In this document: positions 1 through 13,019 of the stretch, in pieces
Numbering within the stretch: the first letter of the stretch is position 1
Layout: every line of letters starts with the position of its first letter
Source of the DNA: Adineta vaga
Lineage: Eukaryota > Animalia > Rotifera
Direction: 5' to 3'
Length of the DNA stretch: 64,000 nt
Assembly (NCBI GenBank): GCA_021613535.1
Contig: CP075493.1
Span: 11,284,001-11,348,000 of the forward strand
Program-made: the position numbers and the translations under genes
Notes under the pieces: generated by a model
Told to the model about the DNA's origin: nothing
What the model saw: only the letters and a program-made list of their open reading frames with translations
Databases searched by the model: none

Positions 1-1
1 A

Positions 2-1018
2 ATCTTTCATCTGACTGTATTATTATCGGCAAGTATTGCCTTATTAGTATGTCAAAAAGAAAAACACTCAGCGAAGTACGTATTCGTTGATATTGAATCG
101 CGAAATGGTTGGAGTCCTATTGGATTTTCGTTTCTTTTTGGATTTCTTTCTGTTGCTTGGGCAATGACAGATTACGATGCAACAGCACATATTGCAGAAG
201 AAATTCAGAATGCAGCTGTGCGTGCTCCACAAGCGATCACTTCTGCTCTCTTTCTAACATATAGCCTTGGTTTCCTCTTTAACATAGTTCTTGCTTTCAC
301 TATGGGAGACATCGACAATCTTCTTTCATCTCCAACTGATCAACCATTTGCTCAACTCTTCTACAACGTGTTTGGTATAGCTGGTGGCATTGCTTTTACA
401 CTGTTTGCTTTCATTATTCTAAATTTCTGTGGCATTGCTGCTCTTCAAGCTAGTGCACGCACAATTTTTGCTTTTTCACGTGATGAACTTCTACCGTTCT
501 CCAATATTTGGACTCGAATAAATAGTTATACTAGTACTCCTTTAATTGCCGTTTGGTTAAATGTTATTCTTGCTATAGGCATTAATCTTATTGGACTCGC
601 TTCATATACGGCAATCACAGCAATCTTTGATGTCTGTACAATTGCACTTGATTGGAGTTATTGTATACCGATCATTTGTAAGATGATTTTTAGTTCTAGA
701 ACAGGACGTTATACTCCTGGACCATGGAATTTAGGAAAATTTTCTTGGATAATTAATTGTTGGTCAGTAATCTGGACCTTGTTTGTTTCCATTATTTTTC
801 TAATGCCAACAACACGGCCAGTAACTGCAGAAAATATGAACTATGCCGCTGTTATTCTTGTCGGTATTCTTACATTCGCAATGATTTATTGGTATATAGG
901 TGGTGCACGCGAGAAGTATATTGGACCGCGTAACAAACATCAGCAACAAAAAGAAGAAAATAATATTACTGAGTCGATTTCTTCTATGTACAAAAAAGAT
1001 CATGTAACTAAGTTTTGA
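2..1018 (+). CDS. APC-superfamily amino acid/GABA permease (fungal ACT/UGA4-like), 5' truncated by the window edge
   Basis: Frame is open from position 2 (IFHLTVLL...GWSPIGFSFLFGFLSVAWAMTDYDATAHIAEE). It has multiple TM segments and the motifs 'YDATAHIAEE', 'SARTIFAFSRD.LLPFS', 'PGPWNLGKFS', 'PVTAENMNYA', typical of fungal GABA/choline permeases. Confidence 0.85.
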   Translation: MFHLTVLLSASIALLVCQKEKHSAKYVFVDIESRNGWSPIGFSFLFGFLSVAWAMTDYDATAHIAEEIQNAAVRAPQAITSALFLTYSLGFLFNIVLAFTMGDIDNLLSSPTDQPFAQLFYNVFGIAGGIAFTLFAFIILNFCGIAALQASARTIFAFSRDELLPFSNIWTRINSYTSTPLIAVWLNVILAIGINLIGLASYTAITAIFDVCTIALDWSYCIPIICKMIFSSRTGRYTPGPWNLGKFSWIINCWSVIWTLFVSIIFLMPTTRPVTAENMNYAAVILVGILTFAMIYWYIGGAREKYIGPRNKHQQQKEENNITESISSMYKKDHVTKF

Positions 1019-1575
1019 AATGCTTCTTGTATTTTCAACAAAAGTTTTAAAACTCAGATAGTATATACATATCTCAATCTTATTTATGCATTTGCGTCGA
1101 TCAGTACATATAATAATTAAAATAAATATATTTTACTGAAATACCTTAAGAAAAAAATATTTTGTTAACGCCATAAGTTATTTTCATCGTCATCATCAAT
1201 TATCGATTTATGTAAATGAGTATACAGAAAAAACAAAAGTGCTTATAATATAACATTAAAACACACCAGATGGTAATAATATTTTTCGTATGAGAAAAAT
1301 ACGCAGTTTCATTAAAAAAGAAATGTAAAAAAATAGAAATACGATTTCTGATTTCGTCAAAAATTCTTCAATACTATAAATAAATACTGAAAAAGTAATT
1401 CCTAAAATATATATCGGTGTACTGAAATGTTCTCTGAGAATGTACTTTTTACTCATTAACAAGATGCAATCATCCATAACTAAGTGATGACGTATGTGTA
1501 GATGTATTTAATCGTGAAGCGAACGATAGTTGTAATCATTCATATTTTCAAATATTTCAAAGCACATCAACAAAA

Positions 1576-1884
1576 ATGGCCTTTACTGGTAGTGGATATA
1601 TTGATCCAAATGTTACTGCTTTCGGTGGATTTCCTGGCGGAATTAATCAAAGTACATAAGATGTTTTCTTGTATATTTAAATACATTTATTTCTTTCAGC
1701 TCCAGCAGGTGTAGTTTATCCTATAAATCCAGTTTTACCTGGTGTTATTGCAACTCCTATTCCTGTCTTAGCTCCAGCAAGCACAATAACAGCATCAGGA
1801 TCAATTGTTACGCCACTAAGCTCTACCATCATTGATCCTACTTCTAATTTCATGGCAACGACAAACTATGCTCCTGGAATTTAA
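1576..1884 (+). CDS. Small 86-aa Pro/Gly/Thr-rich protein of unknown function (2 exons: 1576-1651, 1700-1884)
   Basis: ATG in AAAAATGG context, a 48-nt GT..AG intron (1652-1699) and an in-frame join give MAFTGSGYIDPNVTAFGGFPGGINQTPAGVVYPINPVLPG...NYAPGI*. GC is higher than the flanks, and AATAAA overlaps the stop. Confidence 0.65.
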
Positions 1885-1965
1885 TAAAAAAACAAACTTT
1901 AATTGCCTTGTAAAAAACATAAACATTTGCAATTTTCAATAAACATACAGTTATAATTATAACCG

Positions 1966-4900
1966 TTAGTCATTCACAAGACATTGAGTCTGATATAGAT
2001 TTGATTTTCGTCCAACCTAAAAGAAATATATGCCTTTTTAAATTGATAGCTCATCTCTATATTTACTGTTAATTTGTCTGATTTCCATTGATTATTCTTA
2101 TCGAGATAAAAACAAGATGAAGAATAAATTCTTAATCTATAATTTGATGTAAAACGACTTTGCTTATTGATGATTTGAGGACTTGTACTTATTCTTTTCG
2201 AACAATAATCACCAATCTCATCTGAAGTTAATTCTCTTAAACCGAATATTAACGTACGATGATTAGCAGTATGTTGATTATCAATATAATATGAATAATA
2301 TTTTTCATCTGTTAAATTTAACAAATTACTCGATTTATTTGTACTTTGATGGCAAAGAAAACTAAATTCATTCAATCGTTTTAGATTGATTTGTTGATGA
2401 TCAAATTGGTAAATGAATAGATACGAGGTATTCGAATCAATTGGATCAATATCGAAATGAATTGAATACGAAGATTCAATATGAATTAATTTCCAATCAA
2501 ATGATTTTGATGTAAATGAAACATTTTGAAAAATAAATTCTGGAAAAATGAGATTATTATCCCGAGGAATGAAAATTTCCTTTGCCATTGATATTTCATT
2601 TCCGTTGATATCTAAAAATGAACTGGATACGAATCGAGATAAATTCGTTGTTAATTGATTTCCATATGGAGCTAATGGCATGATCATTGACTATATAAAT
2701 AGAATTAAGAACATTCATTCGAGATGTAAGATATAGAAAAAAAAGAGAAACAAACTCGAAAGAAATATGTTTGATTTTGATTTTGTAAAGCTTGAATAGA
2801 AAATATGATTTGTGATGTATTAATAATTAGTTTTTGTTGAACATTCAAATGAATAAGTAGTGTCAATGTTAAATATGAAATGATTTGATTCACTTGATTT
2901 GTGATTTCATTTGAGAAATTTTCATCGACTATACCAGAATTTAAATGAATCATTCGTTGTTGCAATGGCCCATGAACACCCTATATGAATGCATAAATAT
3001 ATCATCAGTTTTTTTCTTTTCAGAAGAAATATATATATGATTACAGTTAAAATATTTGCAGCACTTTGAAGTAATTGAGTGTTATCATTCGTGCATCTTC
3101 ATATGAAATAGTTGATGAGATCGAATGTAAAATTTGTGATAATTTTAAACAGTTCTCTAAAGTGACGATCAATGTTGTTGATGTTAATTGATTCGTAGAT
3201 TGAGTTAAATACACTAATGTTGATGATTGTAGATAGATACTGAAAAGATGTTGAATGGTTAGATTATATTTGAATTGAAAGAAAGTTTGTCGAAGATTTG
3301 ATTGAAAATGTAAGTTTTTTGTATAGTCATCCATAATGGATTGATTGAATGTTGTAAAATTCTATAGAAAAGAATAGGAGAGAAATGTAACTTGAAATAG
3401 ACATTATACTTGTTCATAACGTTGACTATCCAATGATGAAATGGAGATCTTTACAGCTGGAATTCCATCTAAGAAAGAAGAAAACTATACTTTGTTCGAT
3501 TTGATTAAGAAATAAGAAATTTACTAGAAATAGCTCGATGAATATTTTCGTTATTTAATTGATTGATTTCTTGTGAAATTGAAGAGAGAAGTTGATTATT
3601 CATGTTTAGATTTGCAATCGAAAAGATTTTACTAAAATCATTCAATTCGAATAGATTTGCCGAAATGTTGATGGACGAGATATTCAATTGTGAATAAGAA
3701 TTGAATTTATCTCGAACACGAATGATAAGATGAAGATATCCAGATGGTAATCGAACTTGAAAATTAGAAATAATAGAAAAAGCAACGATGGTTAATTGAT
3801 ATGGATTGGTCTTCCAAAAAAACAATGTATAATCTTTAATTGAATGTTCGTCTGTCCAATTTGAACATGAAATATGAAACAAGGTTTTAATTGTTCCATT
3901 TGTAGGATCGATGCTACAGAAACCATGTGCGGGTGGTTGATTTATTCGAAAATTTAATGAACTTGAACTGATTGTATCTTTAAACGAATATACAACTTCA
4001 AATCTCCAATATTGGATCGAATTATATTTCACGAAGAAATCATTTGCAATTGTTAATCTCTTTATATTTAATCCTATGAAAAAGAGGAAAATTGAAATAT
4101 TTTCAGAAGAATTCGTTTGATTAAACTGCGTCCAGTTATGTTCATTTTCAATTGATTGATAGATATTCCATCGAATAGTTTGAATATTTGAACACTTTTC
4201 AAAACATTGAGAATCTAATAAAAGTTGATTTTAAGGATTGATCAATCGATATGATGATTGTGAAATACACAAAGTCGATATGACACAACTATAGACAAAT
4301 AAAAGTTTGCTCTTTGTTCGAAATCAAAAAGGAAATCTAGACTTGTACCTGATAAGAATGAATGGAGAAGATTGTTCTTGAATTTGTACGATTAGGTGAG
4401 TATGGAATTTCATTGAAGAATTTTCCTTATTGATTATTTCAACCTGAAATTCATACAATTGATTGAATTTTAATGAATTCGCTACAATTGTTATTGAAGA
4501 TTGTATTGAATCATCATATTTCCATGTTTTGTTCATCATTTGACAAAAATATTTATATATCCATTTCTAATCAGAAACATATACTATTACGAAAGGCATC
4601 TTCATTCTTTTGAATTGAACTTACGTTAGCATTGAATGGATATCCATCATGATCAACAGAATATTTTCCTGGATTAAGTTGCAAATCTTGTTGATATCCA
4701 TGCGTAATCATTAAAAGTCCATGTGGAATAATATTTAATGATATTCCCGATGGAACGATATGGATGAAAATCGGTTTGGATGATATTATATTTGACAAAA
4801 TCGATGTGGAAACGGTTAGTTTTATGTGATAACGACCTACTGATAATGTAGATGGTGGAATATATAAATCCTGATACGTTGTTTCAATAAATAATGAGTT

Positions 4901-7608
4901 CAGTGAAATGTCATGTGAAAAATTAGAAATTGTCCATTTTGGATAGACGAAAAATGGTTTGTCACAATTGAATTCAACGAATGAGCTAAGAAAAATTTCT
5001 TCATCTCGTTGATATTCTAATGGAGTAATCGTTTCTGGAATTAATTGAATCGATGGAGGAATTGAACATAACGGCCATGAATAAGTACCTTCATCTTTTG
5101 AAATTGTTGTAGTTGTGCTTTGGTTTGTTATTGAAATCATTGTTGTTTGATCTGAAAATAAACTCAATTCTAATCGAATTGTACCTGTCATTTTAGTACT
5201 TACCACAAGAATCGTTTAAGAAAAGAAATTTTAGAATTCGATGATTATCTCGATCGCTAACAAATATATTCCCATAAGTATCAAAACTAAGTAGTCGTGG
5301 TTGTTTCAATTGAGTGATGTATGCATCTAGTTGATCACATCCAACGAGACATCGAAAACCGTAAGGTCCAGATCCGATAATACGATGATTACTACTATCC
5401 ACAATGAAGAGATATTTATCAGCATCTAGTGTAATTCCACTAGGACATTTGAGCGTAATTGTGCGAGAAGATGATGTAACGCCTGCTAATGTCGTTCCTT
5501 CTAATATTCCAGATGAAAACGATTGAATTCGATCGTTCTGACAGTCGGCGACATAAAGATCAAAGTTCACATCAACAAAAATCCCTAAAGGACCATTCAA
5601 ATCGTTTGAAGAAGAACCATTAATACCTGTACCAGCTGTGATCGTTGACGTTTGAACGCTATTAATCAACTCTATTTTGATAACTCGATGATACTTAGAG
5701 ATTGAGCAATATACACTCTCATTGATATCAACAAAAATACTGAAACATGATGAATTCACGTGCATAATAGTAAAAAAAGTATTTGTACTCGATAGCCTTT
5801 TATCGATGCGACGTTTCGGTGCACCATTCGTAAAATAGATATCACCAATATTTGTGACAAAGATAGATGCTAAGTACGACATATTACCGGAAATGATCTT
5901 TGTTGGATTGATTGCACCATTTTCCCATACTAAAATTTTCTTTTCATCTCGATTCGAAAGATAGACGGTGTTGTTTCTACTGATAAAAATAGCAACTGGA
6001 AGAGTTCCAATTGTTGTTTGATCGGTAAAAACGATGGCATTTCGATCCCAACTTGCTGTTGGACATAGTTTTGGTTGGTTGAATGACAGAACTATAACAG
6101 AAGAAGAACAAATTTGATCTGTGTTGCTCTTATATTTTATTACCTGTTGTCGAAGTTGTTTCATTTTTTGAATGAAATAATTTTATAGAATTAGACTTTG
6201 CCTTATATGAATCTTGTTGTCTGTATGTTGTTCTTAGGTTACTAGTTGTTTCGTCTAAAATATATGTATGTATACAAAGTAGAATAGTTATGGCTTTGTC
6301 ATCGTCTGAATTAGATTAAATAATATACGATAGGTCGAAATACTACGAGTTTTCGTTGTTTATTGGTTTTTGCCATAGGATCTATTTTTTAAGTGCTCAG
6401 TTGAATACAAATATTTAGAAAGAACTAGCAATTATTTTGCTTATGCTTGTTCAGATACAACTAACATTATTTTCAAACATTCTTTCGTCTGTTCTCTATT
6501 TTCCGATGTAGCTATCCAAAAAATTCTCTTATTTTCGATTTATTAGATTTATCGAAATTAGTTTTCTTTTTCATATCACTACACATCGCTTACCACAAGA
6601 ATTTCCCAAGTATGGAAATTTTTGAATTCGATTATTATTACGATCACATACAAATATGTTTCCATAACTATCAAAACTAAGACTGAACGGATCTCGTAAT
6701 TGATTGGATTGTGAGCCTCCTCCTTGACATCCAATTAAACATCGAAAACCATATGGTCCTGATCCCACAATACGATTATTGCCCTGATCCACAATGAACA
6801 AATATTTGTCAGCATCTAGCACAACTCCACTTGGAAGATTTAGTGCAATTGTATTAAGTGCGCCATTTCCTGCTACTGTTATTCCATTTGATTGATTAAA
6901 ATGAAACAATTGAACTCGATTATTTAAAGAATCTACTACATATATATCAAAATTCACATCAACAAAGATTCCCAAAGGACCATTGAGTTGATTTGAAGAG
7001 AACCAAGTTGACCATTGATCAGTTCTTCTGAATTTGAATCAACAGTACCAGTGCCAGCTATAATGATTGATATTATCGACTTTTTATTCAATGGAGTTTT
7101 TATAACGACATGATACTGATACAATGAACAGTACATATTATCATTGACATCAACAAAAAGTCCAAAGCATGGTATCCTAGTACTTTTAACAGGAACAAAA
7201 GTATTTTTCTTAAATGTCCATTTGTACACTTGATGATTCGGATAGCCATAATCAATGACAATATCGCTTTTCTTTGTAACAAAGATAGAAAATGAATGAT
7301 GAAAGATCATTAGTAATAAGTTTCATTGGATTTAAACTACCATTAAGCCACATTAAAATTTCATGCTTTTCGCGATTGACAAAATAAATTGTGTTATTCA
7401 TATTGATAAAAATGGAATGAGGATTTATACCAATTATTGTCTGATCAACAAAGGTGATTCCATCTGAACTCCAACAAGGTGTTGAAGGAAACTTTGGTTG
7501 ATTATAAGAAACGGCTAAAATGAAGTAAAACATATAGAAATAGGAAGTTTATTCACCAAGAATTGTATAGATGATGAAAATAGGATAAATGAATACAAAA
7601 ACAAGCAT
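1966..7608 (-). pseudogene. Multi-exon NHL-repeat (2 beta-propellers) + REJ/PKD + GAIN-like polycystin-type gene, disrupted
   Basis: Signal-peptide exon (ATG 7608, MLVFVFIYPIFIIYTIL|AVSYNQPK). NHL repeats (LNGPLGIFVD..LYVAD..N.RIQ) at ~7514-6590 and ~6090-5200. REJ-like segments (LNPGKYSVDHD, INQPPAHGFCSIDPTNGT..LFHISCSNWTD). GAIN/GPS-like end (YRLRIYSSSCFYLD..QWKSD..VG...QTQC). Frameshifts near 7295, 6995 and 3080, plus an in-frame TAA at 4233-4231. Confidence 0.7.
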
Positions 7609-9509
7609 TCTAGGGACGAGTGATTCAAAATAGTTGGATTCTATGTATCAAATAATATCTAATGAGCTCTCAGAAAATTGATCAAAGAGGATATTTACAT
7701 GAAATTTTGTTGATCATAATGGAAATAATATAGATTACAATATGAATACTACGTTTGCTTATCAGATTGCATAACATTTTAGATCAAATATGATCAATTA
7801 ATCATAAACAAATGTAATTAATGTAAACTGTGTGACAAGCGAGATTCTTGTTTGAAGAGAACAAATGACATTTATTCATCAATTCTTCAATATTTATATG
7901 TTTTGTTTCTGTTTTTATTTTATTTTATGAACTAAACGTGACAAAAGAGCAATAAACGATTCACGTCAATGAATATTCTTTATTAGACAATCTCTTTTAC
8001 CGTGATTTATTTTCACAATGCTTTTTCATGTAAAGTAATCTTTTGAAAAGGATTTCTCGTCGTTATTTCTATTTCTAATAGATAGAATAAAGTATTTTTC
8101 TATTTAAATGAAAATCATGCAAATTTACTCTTTTTTATGCATCATTTCAGTATAGTCTTTCATGATAAACAGAAATAAAAAATTTATGCACATGATCTGT
8201 CAAAAAAAGAAAGAAAAACTCTGTCTCGTAACAAAAAACATAGGTTATTCTGATTTACTCTCTCATCCGAAGATTCACATAATAATCCGTGAATAAGAAG
8301 AATTGAGACCATAGATTCACACTAATGTTGCTTTTTTCTCGATAATACATTTGATGTTCTCGTTACATATACCATGAATCATTTCGGATGTATCTTAGGA
8401 AATATTAAAATGACAAATCGATGATTAAAATCACAGAATCCTTGAGTCATATATAAATTAAGTTCATTTGGTAATTTACTTTAGGTTGTTTATCAACGAT
8501 AGTATTCTTTCCAATATACCAAGGGATCGACAATTTGATTTCGTATTCAATGCCATTCATTCATAAAAAATTCGCTCGTTGAAAACTTATAAAGTAATGA
8601 ATGAATACATGTTTCCATAAGCTAAAGAAATTAATCGAATTGGATATATACAATACAACATATACATTGAAAATGTTTCATTTCAAATAATACAAAAAAA
8701 AAGATCATTTTCTTGTAGAATGTCATGTACCTATTTGAATCCATGATTTTCTTGATCATTGGGATTCGTGCAATTCTACATTGATATTGATTATTAATCA
8801 ATTCTTTCTTTATTTTTTGAATCTTCAATCAAATGAATATTATATCTGTTTGGAAATATTTTCAACACATTATGTGTTAATAACAATATTCTTTTACAAA
8901 CTTGATTGATTTTCATAGACATATTTTATTTAAATTGTAAAAATTATTAGAAAATAATGAGAAGCTTGGATGAATGAAACAAAGAAATTAAAAGGAAAGG
9001 CAAGACAAACTAAACAGAATATTAATTTTGCGTGATCATTTTAAGATCGTTAATATAAGATAAAATACAGATTGGTGATTTTGTTGAAGACAATATATGC
9101 TTGTGATTTTACATTAAAACATTGCTTCTTAAATACATACTGAGAAAAAGCGACAAAAAGTAGAATTTTGCTACATTCAGGTCTATTACCCGTTTAGATG
9201 AGACTTTATAGAGAATGTCTTCTCATCAATAGTTTCTTTTTTAATTACGCTACTAATTTGGAGGTCTAATTACAAAACATATCGTAAAATTATATACAAA
9301 ATAATATTTAAAATAAAAATTGACGATGTCTGATATTATCGTAAATAATTTAATTATGAAATGGTCAAGAATTTTTCGTTCTTTTTATGACAAGCACTAT
9401 TTACTATGTTGATGACATACGCAATTGCAAAAAAATAGAAGGAAGTGAGTTAATATTATACTATTTATGTGCATCGCTAAGATGGTATTGATTGCTTTTA
9501 TTATATATC

Positions 9510-12491
9510 TCATAACTCTAAATCGATAACAATCGGTTCTTGTACTGTTTCATAATTCGAATTAGAGATCGATGCATTAACAAATGTTGTTAAGTCATAG
9601 TCGACACGTCCACATGCTTCACGAATATGACCAAAAACATGTAAACGCGGCTTGACGTTAGTAACACGAGCGCGTAATTGCGCACAGCCCACATGTATGT
9701 CCATGCTGTTTTTATCGAGAATATTGGTCGGTGGATAATTGGTGAGAAGAACATTCACATCATTTGGAATTCGAGACCAAACATCTCTGATTTCGATACT
9801 GTTGATCGGTACATTAAAAGCCGAATCATAATCTGCTGTTTGATAGGGACTAAAGATGAAGACAATTTTCCACAAGATTAGAAACAATATACATATTTCG
9901 ATGGTTTACCTGCCATAAAATTTCAGACCAGTAACACTATCGATGAATTGTTGTTCTTCTAAATAAATAATGCCATAGTCAATTGCTAACGATGGATCGC
10001 GTACAAGTTGTTTGATAACTTTAGAATTTTGTTTTCGATTATCATGCCATCGTTTCCAATTTTTCTCATAAAACATTTCGTCCAAAGTGATATCATGATT
10101 TCCGGCAATGAAGATTTTTAAACGAAATTGAGATTGATATTTGAGGACAGTGAGAAATTGTTCAATTTCATTTTGTTCGCCTGACATCGAAAAGTTGCCT
10201 GTATGCAAAAGAATATCACCAGCAGGTAGTGCAAATCCATATTGAGAGTATGTGTCACTCAAACACACAATGCGTATCGTTTTATTTGTTTTATTAATAA
10301 TATTATCTAAAAAAACAGAACTAGAATATCAACCTTTCGTGAACAAATGACTACTCACCAGATGTATCGATGGAAGATTTATCTTGCCGATCTTTCAATA
10401 TCATTACTGCATATAATTTTTCAACTTGTTTCATTTTGTTTTCAATATCTTCTTTTTCAGCCAACTACATAGAAAAAAATTAGTGAAATTAAACGACAAC
10501 ACTGAGTGTTAAATCAAATGTTTATCTCACTTGATTTATATCAATCCAAGTTAAAGTATCTTCGATATAATCAATCATTTGCTTCTTACTGTCAGCGTCA
10601 GTTTGTTCGAATAGTTTTTCATCCAGAAGGGTTGTTTTCATATTAAAACAATATAACTCAAGTGAATTCTTAGCTTCAATACAATCTCGTTGTGCTTGTT
10701 CTTCTCTTTTATAATTTTTAGCATCAGTAATCATTCTTTCGATTTCATCTTTCGATAATCGACATTGGTCATTTGTAATTGTGATTTTATTCTGACGACC
10801 TGTCAATTTATCAGCAGCATAGACATTCAAGATACTATTGGCATCAATATCAAATGTAACTTCAATTTGTGGCACACCACGAGGTGATGGTGGAATACCA
10901 GTTAGGTCAAAATTACACAATAAACGATTGTCTCTCGTCATGGTCCGTTCACCTTCAAAAACACGAATGCCGATAGCAGATTGATTATCGAAATACGTTG
11001 TAAATATCTGTGTTTGTTTTGTAGGAATGGTTGTATTACGCTTGATTAACGCTGTCATCGCACCACCTATTGTTTCAATACCCTTTTCAAAAGAAAAACG
11101 TGCTTATAAACAAAGATTAACGTTTTTCTTGTTACATCACTTACCAAAGAGAACGATACAACATCTAATAACATAATATCCTTGATCTTCTCTGATGTAT
11201 CACCTGTAAAAATAGCTGCTTGAATAGAGGCACCATAAGCTACGGCTTCATCTGGATTTATTGATTGGGAAAGTTCTTTTCCATTGAAAAAATCTTGTAA
11301 AAGTTTTTGCACTTTTGGAATGCGTACTGATCCACCAACCAAAACAACATCATGAATGCTTGCCTTATCCATTTTAGCATCACGTAGAGCTTTTTCAACT
11401 GTATCAAGTGTTGAACGAAAGAGATCAGCACAAAGTTCTTCAAAGCGAACACGAGTTAATGTTGAATAAAAATCAATATCATCATGTAACGACTCAATCT
11501 CGATCGAAGCTACTAATGATGATGATAAAGCGACCTAAACGAGAAGAGAAAAATCATCAATGAATTATTTCCAAAATGTAACTCAAAAATAAAGAAAAAT
11601 TATTTTTACTTTAACATGTTCACAAGCAGAACGTAGACGAGCAAGAGCACGTTTGTTCTTGAGTAGATTTTTGTGATGTTTTTGTTCGAATTCTTTAAGA
11701 AAATGAGACAATATTCGATTGAGAAAATCTTCACCTCCCAAATGTGTATTACCTATAGAGAAAGAGTTCAAAATAAAATAAAATGCTTGTCAACGAGAAA
11801 TCAATATATTGATTTTCCAATTACCAGCAGTTGATTTAACATCGAATAATCTATCTTCAATCGTTACAATTGACACATTAAAAGTACCACCACCCAAATC
11901 AAAAATTAATATATTTCGTGCGTCCGCATCACACGAATGGAATCCATAAGCAATTGCAGCAGCTGATGATTCATTGATGATGCGTAACACATGAAGACCA
12001 GCAATTTGAGCAGCATCCTTTGTTGCTTGTCGTTGTGAATTATTAAAGTAAGCAGGTACAGTAATAACAGCCTCAGATACTTTTTTACCAAGATACGCTT
12101 CTGCTATGTCGATCATTTTTGTTAATATCATTGATGATATTTCTTGAGGAGTAAATAGTTTTCTTTCATTTTTATAGTCAACTTGAATCATTGGTTTCCC
12201 ATCTCCATCAATGACTTGGAATGGCCAGTATTTCATATCAGCTTGAACAGTTGCATCAGTAAAATTTCGACCAATAAGTCGTTTAACATCAAATATGGCA
12301 TTATCCGGATTCACTTTTACCTGATTTTTAGCAGCGTCCCCCAAAAGGCGTGTACTATTAGTAAACGCAACATAGGATGGTGTTGTTCGATTACCTTGAT
12401 CATTAGGAATAATTTCCACTTTATCATGTTGAAATATAGCAATACATGAAGATACCGTACCTAGATCTATGCCAACTGCTGCTCTAACCAT
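9510..12491 (-). CDS. Divergent Hsp70 fused in frame to a C-terminal calcineurin-like metallophosphoesterase (MPPED/239FB-like) domain
   Basis: Hsp70 signatures [69 protein letters not shown]. The lid continues through introns 10530-10465 and 10358-10307 into [11 protein letters not shown]...IAGNHD...HVFGHIRE. All junctions checked are GT-AG and in phase. Confidence 0.85.
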
Positions 12492-13019
12492 CTTCTATTG
12501 TTGTAACTAGAGTTCTTGTCAAGAAAAAAAGCCAACCGAAAAGGTAGAAGATAAGATAAATATTCATTTATCGTAAATAAAGACTCTACAATACGGTTAT
12601 ATTTTGAGAGATATTACGAACAAACGTTGAATTTAACTTAGTAAGACGATATGAGTATGTGAAACAGCGATTTCACCCTCAAGATTTACAACCACTTACA
12701 TAAATATTCTCAAGTATCTTATTAGGTTAAAGTAAATTTTACATCTTATTAAATACAAATCAGATGGATATATTTTACTTGTTTTTTTTCGCGTATTTTT
12801 TTTACATATATAAGCATAAGACACGTGTACAAATTTATTGTATCTTTTCTTTTTCTTATTCTGTCTATCTTTACTTTGAATGTTGCTTTTACTTCATTAA
12901 GAAGAACGTGAATAACTTTCTATTCGTATAACTACATGAGAAATAGGAAAGTCTTAACAAAGATTTCATATTCGTTTGAATTTTTTAATGAGAAAAGGTT
13001 GAATAAACTCTGATCAAGT

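Noticed and set aside
5200-7500. Repeated sequence blocks resembling a repeat array
   Set aside because: Explained by coding NHL repeats and the tandem duplication of the propeller module; not CRISPR-like.
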